Assembly: GCA_963666275.2 (NCBI GenBank)
Contig: CAXXOA010000001.1
Coordinates: 448,001 to 512,000, forward strand
Reading direction: 5' to 3'
DNA length: 64,000 nt
Source of the DNA: Oceanispirochaeta sp.
GTDB lineage: Bacteria > Spirochaetota > Spirochaetia > DSM-2461
Position numbers and translations under genes: made by a program. Shown piece after piece: positions 56,623 to 64,000 of this stretch. A model generated the notes under the pieces. It did not search any database and was not told the DNA's origin. It worked only from the letters and a program-made list of their open reading frames with translations. How positions within the stretch are numbered: the first letter of the stretch is position 1; every line of letters begins with the position of its first letter.

Positions 56623-58164
56623 ATGGCTTTACTTTCAATGAAGATAACCCTCGTTCTAACCCTTCTGGCAGTCATCTCTCTCTATCTGTCTGCCTGGTCA
56701 TTTACACGGCGGAATCAGGTTTCGGGAGCTCTTGAATTTTCCCTCTTTCTGCTGACTGTCGCCCTTTATGATTTCGGCTATGCCATTGAAATCAATTGCG
56801 ATACCCTGGAGGAAATCTACTGGGCTCTGAGAATCCAGTACCTTGGTCTGCCTTTCATGACAGTATTCTATTTTCTCTTTTCCATGCGTTTTGTATTTGA
56901 AAAGGATTTTCCCCGTCCCTTGAAGGACCTGCTGTTTCTGATTCCCTTTGTGACAGTCCTTCTTGTGTTTACTCTGGGACATCACAATCTGTTTTATAAA
57001 GAGGCCACTGTTATCTCTGCTTCGGGGATACGTCTTCTCTACTATAAACCGGGAATCTGGTACATTATCCATTTTATTTCCCTGATAGGTCTCTCTCTGG
57101 CTGGAGAAGTTGTTCTGTTTATGGGATTTCTCCGCTTTCAGGGGATTAAACGAAAGCAGGTCCTTCTTATTTTTATTTCCGGCCTGATCCCTCTCATTAC
57201 CGGTATATTCACTCCCGGCAGATTCTATTATTTTGATATTCAGCCCTTTTCCCTGGCAACCATGGGGATCTTTCTGAGCATTGCCATTTACAAGCACAGG
57301 CTCCTGGAGCTGGTCCCCCAGGCACGGGAGCTGGCATTTGACTCTATCAATGAGTATCTGATTGTTCTGGACCATTCGGGAAAGATCCGGGACATGAATG
57401 TTTCCGCCAGAACTTCCGAACTTTTTAAGGATATGAAAAATGATGACCACCTGATGGAACGGTCTCCATTCTGCGATTTCCTGCCTGATCTTCTGAAAAT
57501 GACAGAGGAGCAGGAATTTCAACAGGAATACCGGTTCCGCTTTCTGGAATATCATTTTTATATGAAGGTTTATGCGGTTAAAGCTCCTCAGCTTGATAGT
57601 CTGGGGTTTATCCTGATTATCCGGGAAACCACTGAGACTGTTAAACTGATGAATGAACTGAAAGAGCAGGCTATTTACGATGAGCTTACAGGGCTGTTCA
57701 ACCGCAGACAGATTTTCAGCCTGGCGGAACGGGAAGTCCTCCTTGCGAAAAGGACAGGTTCCCATACGGGGATTATCCTTATGGATCTGGACCGGTTCAA
57801 GATCATAAATGACAACTACGGGCACCTGGCGGGAGATCGAGTCCTTTCCTCTGTTTCACAGGCCCTGCAGAAGGCAATGCGGTCTACTGATCTTATTGGC
57901 CGGTACGGCGGAGAAGAGTTCGTGGTGATCTGCCCCTGCACGGACTCTGAGACTTCCCGGCAGATTGCCGAAAGGCTCCGAAGGAGTATCGAGTCTCTGG
58001 ATATTGAATATGAAGGGAACAGAATCTCGGTTTCTGCCAGTTTCGGAGTCAAATCCGGAGTCTTCGGAGCGGATGCCACTCTCTGTGATTTTCTTGAATC
58101 CGCGGATAGAGCTCTGTATACAGCTAAAAGGGAAGGCCGGAACAGAGTCGTTCTTTCGGACTGA
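56623..58164 (+). CDS. Diguanylate cyclase with N-terminal 7TM (HisKA_7TM-like) and PAS-like domains
   Basis: DELTGLFNRR, DLDRFKIIND and RSTD-x5-GGEEF (RxxD I-site) motifs. Confidence 0.92.
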   Translation: MALLSMKITLVLTLLAVISLYLSAWSFTRRNQVSGALEFSLFLLTVALYDFGYAIEINCDTLEEIYWALRIQYLGLPFMTVFYFLFSMRFVFEKDFPRPLKDLLFLIPFVTVLLVFTLGHHNLFYKEATVISASGIRLLYYKPGIWYIIHFISLIGLSLAGEVVLFMGFLRFQGIKRKQVLLIFISGLIPLITGIFTPGRFYYFDIQPFSLATMGIFLSIAIYKHRLLELVPQARELAFDSINEYLIVLDHSGKIRDMNVSARTSELFKDMKNDDHLMERSPFCDFLPDLLKMTEEQEFQQEYRFRFLEYHFYMKVYAVKAPQLDSLGFILIIRETTETVKLMNELKEQAIYDELTGLFNRRQIFSLAEREVLLAKRTGSHTGIILMDLDRFKIINDNYGHLAGDRVLSSVSQALQKAMRSTDLIGRYGGEEFVVICPCTDSETSRQIAERLRRSIESLDIEYEGNRISVSASFGVKSGVFGADATLCDFLESADRALYTAKREGRNRVVLSD

Positions 58165-58179
58165 CAGTTTGATTTTCTT

Positions 58180-59943
58180 TTATAGAAGGATTACAGACTG
58201 TTTTCGGCGGACCGAGTTTATCAGATAGATCTCTTCGGCCTCCTTCAGATCCTCCTTGTAGAGGATCTTTTCTTCCAGTTCTCCTTTCTGCAGAAGTTCG
58301 TTCCGATAGGTGCCCGCAAGCAGGCCCGACGCCACCGGAGGCGTATAGGCGACCCCGCCCATTACAATGACAAGATTTCCGATACAAGACTCGGTCAGTT
58401 CGCCCCTCTGGTTCCATAACAGAACATCATCTGCCCGGGGGGAAAGAGATTTCAGATGCCTGTAGATCTCGCGATGGGTTGTTTTATGATAGAGAAACCT
58501 ATTCTCTGAAGACACCGGTTTTTCTGCCAGAGCCAGTGTCCAGGAGCTGTAAGGGCCCGGAGTTGACTCTTCAAAGGAGAAGACCCCCGATCTGTTCATA
58601 ACAAGGCGGATCCTCAGGGATGACCCATTGAAGTGAGACTCTTTTGCCGCCATCAGATCCCTGAGAGTCTCTTCATCAAAGGGGAAGCCGAAATAGGCTG
58701 CTGAAGTTTTCATACGGTCAATATGTCTTTCCAGCAGAAAATACCCTGTAGGCTCCTCCCATAGAAGGGTCTCCAGTAGGCTGAAAGAGGGAACTCTCTC
58801 TGTCAGAACCCTGGCTTTGGCAAGGGTTTCGCTGTACTCCTCATCTGTTTTCGAGTCCCAGGTAATCCCGCCTCCGGTGCCGTACTGAGCCTCCCGGGAG
58901 CTGTTGTTGATAACAGCCGTCCTGATGGCCACATTGAACTGAGCCCTCCGGGAAGGCCCCATATAGCCGATCGTCCCGGTATAGAGCCCTCTCGGAGTCG
59001 ATTCAAGATTCTCTATGATCTCCATGGTTTTACACTTGGGGGCCCCCGTTATGGAGGCGCAGGGGAAAAGGGCTCTGAACACAGAGGGAATATCTGCTTC
59101 CGTTCCGGCTTCCACCAGGCTCGTCATCTGCCAGACAGTAGGGTATCTCTCCAGAGTAAACAGTTCCGGAACTTTCACAGATCCCGGCCGGGCTATACGG
59201 CCCAGGTCGTTTCTTATCATATCCACAATCATCAGATTTTCCGCCCTGTTTTTCTCTGAATTCCCGAGCCATTCGGCCCGCAGCTGATCTTCCGCCGCTT
59301 CCGGAGCCCGGGGAACCGTTCCCTTCATGGGGCGGGAAATAATTTTATCTCCCTGCAGTGAAAAAAACAGTTCCGGCGAGGCGCTGCAGACTGTCCATTC
59401 CCCAGTCTGGATATAGGCGCCGTAGCGGGCCTTCTGGGCTGCCTGAATCTGAAGGAAAAAGGGCCAGAAGTCTCCGGTCATTTGGGTATGGAGTCTGTAG
59501 GTAAAGTTCACCTGATAGCTGTTGCCGGCGGCAATCTGCGCTTTAACTGCTTCGATCTGCCGGTAAAACTCCTCCTCTGTAACAGAGGGAACCCAGTCCG
59601 GAGTGATTGATTCCCCGGGAGGAGAGGGCAGATCAATCGACTCAGGAGCATCATAAAGACCGAACCAGAGAAGGGGGAAATCGCCTGAAGGATGCACAGA
59701 TAAAGAGGCATCAAATGCCGGAGATGCATCGTAGCTGACAAATCCGGCGGCATAAAGTCTGGTATTGTCAATTTTCTTTTGTATCTCTTCCATCAGGGGA
59801 AGGACCTCTTCCATTCTGCCTGCCTGATAGATCTGTCTGGGGTTGCTGAAATTCAGCCATCTGCCGGCAGCCGCATCATGGAGGATGACGCTGCCGGTTC
59901 CGGGTGCATTCAAAAGGGTCTCCTTGAGGAATAATACAAGCAC
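58180..59943 (-). CDS. pabB: Aminodeoxychorismate synthase component I fused to an ADC-lyase-like fold-IV domain
   Basis: SPELFF, PMKGT, AENLMIVDMIRND and SITGAPK motifs, then LLETL, HKTT.R and GLLAGTYR. Confidence 0.9.
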   Translation of the reverse strand: MLVLFLKETLLNAPGTGSVILHDAAAGRWLNFSNPRQIYQAGRMEEVLPLMEEIQKKIDNTRLYAAGFVSYDASPAFDASLSVHPSGDFPLLWFGLYDAPESIDLPSPPGESITPDWVPSVTEEEFYRQIEAVKAQIAAGNSYQVNFTYRLHTQMTGDFWPFFLQIQAAQKARYGAYIQTGEWTVCSASPELFFSLQGDKIISRPMKGTVPRAPEAAEDQLRAEWLGNSEKNRAENLMIVDMIRNDLGRIARPGSVKVPELFTLERYPTVWQMTSLVEAGTEADIPSVFRALFPCASITGAPKCKTMEIIENLESTPRGLYTGTIGYMGPSRRAQFNVAIRTAVINNSSREAQYGTGGGITWDSKTDEEYSETLAKARVLTERVPSFSLLETLLWEEPTGYFLLERHIDRMKTSAAYFGFPFDEETLRDLMAAKESHFNGSSLRIRLVMNRSGVFSFEESTPGPYSSWTLALAEKPVSSENRFLYHKTTHREIYRHLKSLSPRADDVLLWNQRGELTESCIGNLVIVMGGVAYTPPVASGLLAGTYRNELLQKGELEEKILYKEDLKEAEEIYLINSVRRKQSVILL

Positions 59944-59993
59944 TCTAACATTTTTTAATGAATTTTATACAGAGCTCCGGCGATAATCGAGGC

Positions 59994-60293
59994 ATGAAGG
60001 AGCCGCCCGGATACTATGTTCCGGATCTGACAGACTATGCCCTATCCGACAGTGGAGGAGGAAGCGGCTATTTCTTCTCAACAACCAGAACTCTTCCGGA
60101 AGACTCGCCCCTGCGGTATTACTTCAACAGAGCCTGCCTTTTTTTACAGAAAGGGATAGCCCCCGAGAAAACAGCCGCTCATCTGGGTTTTACCGATTAT
60201 GAGAATTTTGCCCTCCAATTCAGGGATTACACGGGAGTTTCTCCCGGGGAATACAGGAATTGGATAATTCGAAAAAAATATCCCCCCGATTAG
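59994..60293 (+). CDS. Small protein with an AraC-type C-terminal HTH
   Basis: AAHLGFTDYENFALQFRDYTGVSPGEYR; start uncertain (59958 or 59994). Confidence 0.6.
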   Translation: MKEPPGYYVPDLTDYALSDSGGGSGYFFSTTRTLPEDSPLRYYFNRACLFLQKGIAPEKTAAHLGFTDYENFALQFRDYTGVSPGEYRNWIIRKKYPPD

Positions 60294-60441
60294 GAATATG
60301 TCTGGTAAAATAGCAGTTTTCATGATTTTTTTTCCTTTTTCCTGCCTATCCCTCCACCTAGACAGCTTGTCATAAAATACACATATCAATATACTGTCAA
60401 GCAAATTAGATAATTTAGTATTTATTCCACGGAGGATACAA

Positions 60442-61470
60442 ATGGGTAAAGTTAGAGTTGGATTTAACGGAATGGGAAGAATCGGTAAAAACGTAATGCG
60501 TGTTATCACTTCTCAGTTCAATGACCAAATTGAAATCGTAGCAGGTAACGACCTGGTTTCTGCCGCAGAAATTGCAGCAGGTCTTCCTAAAGATTCAATC
60601 CACGGAAAATTCCCTGTAGATGTAAAACTGATCAGTGACAATGTCATCCAGATCGGTGAACACAAAGTTACAGTATACGCAGAAAAAGATGCAAACAACA
60701 TTCCCTGGGGAAAACACGATGTTGATGTAGTACTGGAATGTACCGGTTTCTACCTGTCAACTGATAAAGCTCAGGCTCACATCAACGCAGGAGCAAAAAA
60801 AGTTATCATTTCCGCTCCCTGTAAAGATGACACCAAAACTGTTGTAATCGGTGTTAACAGCGACACACTGACCGCTGCCGACAAAATCGTTTCCAACGCT
60901 TCCTGTACAACCAACTGTCTGGCTCCCCTGACAAAAGCTGTTGATGATTCTTTCAAAGTAATCACCGGTCTGATGTGTACCACTCACGCCGCAACTGCTA
61001 CTCAGAGAGTACAGGACTTCTTCGGTGGCGGTAAAAACAGAGCTACCGGAAACAACATCATCCCCGCTTCCACCGGTGCTGCTATCGCCGTTGGTAAAGT
61101 ACTTCCCCACCTGAACGGTAAACTGAACGGAACTGCTCTTCGTGTTCCCACCGATACCGGTTCTGTAGTTGAAGTTGTTTACCTGCTCGAAGGAAAACAC
61201 AGCAAAGACGAAATCAACGCTGCCGTTGCTGAGAACGCCAAAAAAATCAACGCCATGTCTGTAACCGGTAAGGTTCTGGATGTAAGCGACTACTACGAAT
61301 GTTCAAGAGACTGTGTAGGCGAAGGCTGGACCTCTATGATGATCCCCGGTAACACTCAGGTAACTGAAGCCGGAGAAAACACACTGGTTAAAATGACTTC
61401 TTTCTACGACAACGAAATGGGTTACTCAACCAAAATGGCTGAGCTGGCTCAGATCTTCTCTGCCCTGTAA
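60442..61470 (+). CDS. gap: Type I glyceraldehyde-3-phosphate dehydrogenase
   Basis: NGMGRIG, SNASCTTNCLAP, STGAA, RVPT and YDNEMGYS motifs; strongly biased codon usage typical of high expression. Confidence 0.93.
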   Translation: MGKVRVGFNGMGRIGKNVMRVITSQFNDQIEIVAGNDLVSAAEIAAGLPKDSIHGKFPVDVKLISDNVIQIGEHKVTVYAEKDANNIPWGKHDVDVVLECTGFYLSTDKAQAHINAGAKKVIISAPCKDDTKTVVIGVNSDTLTAADKIVSNASCTTNCLAPLTKAVDDSFKVITGLMCTTHAATATQRVQDFFGGGKNRATGNNIIPASTGAAIAVGKVLPHLNGKLNGTALRVPTDTGSVVEVVYLLEGKHSKDEINAAVAENAKKINAMSVTGKVLDVSDYYECSRDCVGEGWTSMMIPGNTQVTEAGENTLVKMTSFYDNEMGYSTKMAELAQIFSAL

Positions 61471-61500
61471 GATTTACTTTCAGGCAAACTGAAGAAATAG

Positions 61501-61533
61501 AAAAAAGGATCGCTTCGGCGATCCTTTTTTTTT
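61501..61533. terminator. Bidirectional Rho-independent terminator after gap
   Basis: AAAAAAGGATCGC-TTCG-GCGATCCTTTTTTTTT. Confidence 0.9.
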
Positions 61534-61558
61534 GTCCTATCATACTTCATCTTTTTAT

Positions 61559-61668
61559 GGGGACGGAGGAAGGTATTTTTTATGGGGACGGAGGAAGTAA
61601 TGATGAAGCAATAAGGAAGAAATTGTTGTATCAGACAGGGACGGTGTATTAGACAGGGACGGAGGAAG
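61559..61668 (+). repeat. Left cluster of GGGACGGAGGAAG repeats
   Basis: Copies at 61559, 61584 and 61656, plus a partial copy at 61638. Confidence 0.85.
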
Positions 61669-61981
61669 GAAAAAGAGGAAGGAAAAAGAAATAAAATGAA
61701 AGAAACAGGCTGTCAGCTAGGGGGAAATACCGCGAAAGGGCCGTTTTCTCTGCAATATATAATTGATGAGGCCATTTTATTCCATTCTTTTAGGAGACTG
61801 CTCTTGCCGTACAGAAAATTCAGTTTCCGATAGGATAAGTATTGTTTATTTATATAAAAACTGGGTGGTTTTAATAGAAAATTATAATATCCGAAAGGAT
61901 ATTGGAGCATAGCTCAATTATCAAAAATATATTTGGGAGTTTCCGGAATTAGAAAAGATGCAGAAGAAAACTGATTTCCCT

Positions 61982-62473
61982 TTATATAATCAGTTTTACC
62001 CATTCATCCGGCGGATCCATAAGTCGATACCGGCCTTTTTTGAGTTCATATAGTCCTCCCCAGTAATAATCAGCCGCATTTTTGCACATCCCGGCTTTGA
62101 CAGGATTCTCTGATATGTAGTTGAAGGTATTCACAAGCTGGCGGAAGCTTGTAATTATTTTGCTTTTAAACCGGTCATACCATACATGGCCGTTCCGGCC
62201 GAATCTTTTGTTCAGACGTAAAGCAAAAACACCCAGGATCCACTGCATCATCACAGAGAGGTTTGTGTCTTTTCCCGGCTGAACTAATAAGTGTATATGA
62301 TTAGTCATTACACTGTATTGTTTTAGATGACATTTGTGTTTTTTCTTCGCTTCATTTACAACAGAAACAAACAGTTCTTTTACTTCATCCGAATACAGGA
62401 TGAACTCTCCTCTGTTTGACTTGGCAGTCACATGGTAGGTCGCTCCTTCCTGGAGTTGTCTTCTTTTTCTCAT
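61982..62473 (-). mobile_element. REP-associated tyrosine transposase (RAYT, Y1 HUH family)
   Basis: YHVT, MTNHIHLL (HUH), GHVWYDRF and YISENPVKAG motifs. Confidence 0.9.
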
Positions 62474-62552
62474 ACATGCTTATACAGAAGTTTTGCCGGC
62501 AGTGCTTCAATTACACGGACTATTTTTTATCAAAGTTTTTTCCTGAAGCTTT

Positions 62553-62695
62553 TTCCTCCGTCCCCAATAATAAATAATATTTTCAATAATGAATAAAGCC
62601 AGATTCCATGTTTTCTACCTCTATTTTCTTCCTCCGTCCTATTTTCTTCCTCCGTCCTATTTTCTTCCTCCGTCCTATTTTCTTCCTCCGTCCCC
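62553..62695 (-). repeat. Right cluster: inverted copies of the same motif, including a 4 x 18-bp perfect tandem repeat
   Basis: TTCCTCCGTCCCC at 62553; (CTATTTTCTTCCTCCGTC)x4 at 62621-62692. Confidence 0.9.
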
Positions 62696-62821
62696 GTGCC
62701 GGGGATAAATCTTTTCAGTACAAGCGTTGACTGAGCGGATGGTTGCTAGCGAAGTCGAAGTAGCCGAAGCTCAAGGGAATAAAGCCTGTTGTCTGCAGCT
62801 GTCTTTCGGTATAATTACCCT

Positions 62822-63985
62822 ATGACAGCAAAGGCATACCAACTGGAAAAAATCATCACATTCCGCCGGGAACTACACAGGCATCCGGAACTATCCGGAC
62901 AGGAGCAGGAGACGGCCCGCCGGGTCGAGGATATGCTCAAGGAATCCGAGCCTGATCAGATACTATCCGGTCTGGGTGGGCATGGTGTGGCGGCTGTTTA
63001 CAGGGGCATCCATCCCGGTCCGGATCTGATGTTCCGCTGCGAGCTGGATGCTCTTCCTGTAAGAGAAGCTTCCGGGTTCGATTATGACTCTCTCGCTCCC
63101 GGTATTTCCCATAAATGCGGCCACGACGGTCATATGGCTATACTCGCCGGGATTGCTGGAGCCATGAAGGGCTATCGGGACTTTTCAGGCCGACTGATCC
63201 TGCTTTTCCAGCCCGCCGAAGAGACCGGTGCCGGAGCCGCCGCTGTCGTAAAGGATCCCCTGTATGATTTGATCCGCCCGGATTTTATTTTTGCTCTCCA
63301 CAACTGGCCGGGGTATCCTCAGGGGCATCTGGTTCTCCGGGAAGGGACTATGTTTTCCGCTTCGCTGGGGCTTCAGCTGGAGTTTACCGGTGAGTCGGCC
63401 CATGCTATGGCCCCTGAAGAGGGCAGGAGCCCTATTGAGGCCATCAAAACCCTGCACGCACAGCTGGGGCATCTGCATAATCCTGATAAAGACTCCGACG
63501 AGTTCAGCCTGATTACCACCGTGGGGTTGAATATCGGAGGAGATGATCATGGGGTGTCTCCGGGTCGGGGTAAGCTCTCACTGACTTTACGGGCTTACTG
63601 TCAGGATATACTGGACACCCTGACAGCCCGGGTACTGGCGGAAGCAGAAAAAACAGCTGCTTCCCACTCGCTGAGGTTGGATATCTCTACAGAAGATGTT
63701 TTTCCCGAAACCCGCAACCATCCTGCCTGTGTGGCAGTTCTGAAAAAGGCGGCTTCCATGGAGGGAATCCCTATGATTGAAAAGAAAAAGGGGCTGGCCA
63801 GCTCTGAAGATGCGGGAGTTCTCTTCCGGACTGCCCGGACAGGAGGAGCCATCTTCCTCCTGGGGAACGGGGAGGATTCCGCTCCTCTCCACTCCTTTGA
63901 TTATGATTTTAATGATTCTCTTTTAGAGTCTGGAATTGCCATTTTCTCCCGGATTTTTGCAGATATCCTGAAGATGAAGATGTAA
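62822..63985 (+). CDS. M20D-family amidohydrolase
   Basis: RRELHRHPELSGQE, RCELDALP, HKCGHDGH, FQPAEETG, SEDAG and LHS motifs. Confidence 0.92.
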   Translation: MTAKAYQLEKIITFRRELHRHPELSGQEQETARRVEDMLKESEPDQILSGLGGHGVAAVYRGIHPGPDLMFRCELDALPVREASGFDYDSLAPGISHKCGHDGHMAILAGIAGAMKGYRDFSGRLILLFQPAEETGAGAAAVVKDPLYDLIRPDFIFALHNWPGYPQGHLVLREGTMFSASLGLQLEFTGESAHAMAPEEGRSPIEAIKTLHAQLGHLHNPDKDSDEFSLITTVGLNIGGDDHGVSPGRGKLSLTLRAYCQDILDTLTARVLAEAEKTAASHSLRLDISTEDVFPETRNHPACVAVLKKAASMEGIPMIEKKKGLASSEDAGVLFRTARTGGAIFLLGNGEDSAPLHSFDYDFNDSLLESGIAIFSRIFADILKMKM

Positions 63986-64000
63986 AAGGGGGACTTAGAA

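Noticed and set aside
58180..59943. PabB-PabC fusion as a novelty
   Set aside because: Such fusions are already known in several bacterial groups.
60367..60384. Rex operator upstream of gap (TTGTCATAAAATACACAT)
   Set aside because: Four mismatches to TTGTGAA-N4-TTCACAA in AT-rich DNA; too weak without comparative data.
62621..62692. Mini-CRISPR or iteron array
   Set aside because: Spacerless perfect tandem with no rep or cas gene; better explained as a RAYT-flanking repeat.

Overview
Gene-dense bacterial chromosome window, about 50% GC by eye, with no rRNA, tRNA or CRISPR array seen. It is probably from a free-living anaerobic or facultative spirochaete; this is inferred from a spirochaete-style 'LWSGGSQE' N-terminus on a solute-binding protein, acidic periplasmic proteins and gene content. 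The left part holds signalling genes (EAL fragment, adenylate cyclase, REC protein), a histidine kinase and sigma54 activator next to a sigma54-promoter RND efflux operon, a 133-bp composite palindromic tandem repeat, a FadR regulator with two tandem GntP permeases, a lone Cys-type formate dehydrogenase alpha subunit, a sirtuin and a FecCD-type ABC importer with an NTPase. The middle holds aceE-aceF-lpdA, an ankyrin lipoprotein, a small ORF plus glmS and PfpI. The right part holds a CYTH-NUDIX fusion, a diguanylate cyclase, a PabB-PabC fusion, gap, a RAYT transposase flanked by inward-facing repeats and an M20D amidohydrolase. The two strongest candidates for undescribed systems are: (1) a 7-gene operon at 38189-44060 joining a split D-glutamate cyclase (DUF1445 + DUF4392), 5-oxoprolinase PxpBAC, a D-amino-acid aminotransferase and alanine racemase, which may be a D/L-pyroglutamate and D-amino-acid pathway; (2) a 13-gene Mrp-Mbx membrane complex at 45378-56506 with rearranged active-site cysteines, a fused GltD-like NAD(P)H module and a ferritin-like last gene. 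All family calls come from motif recognition by eye; no database searches were run.
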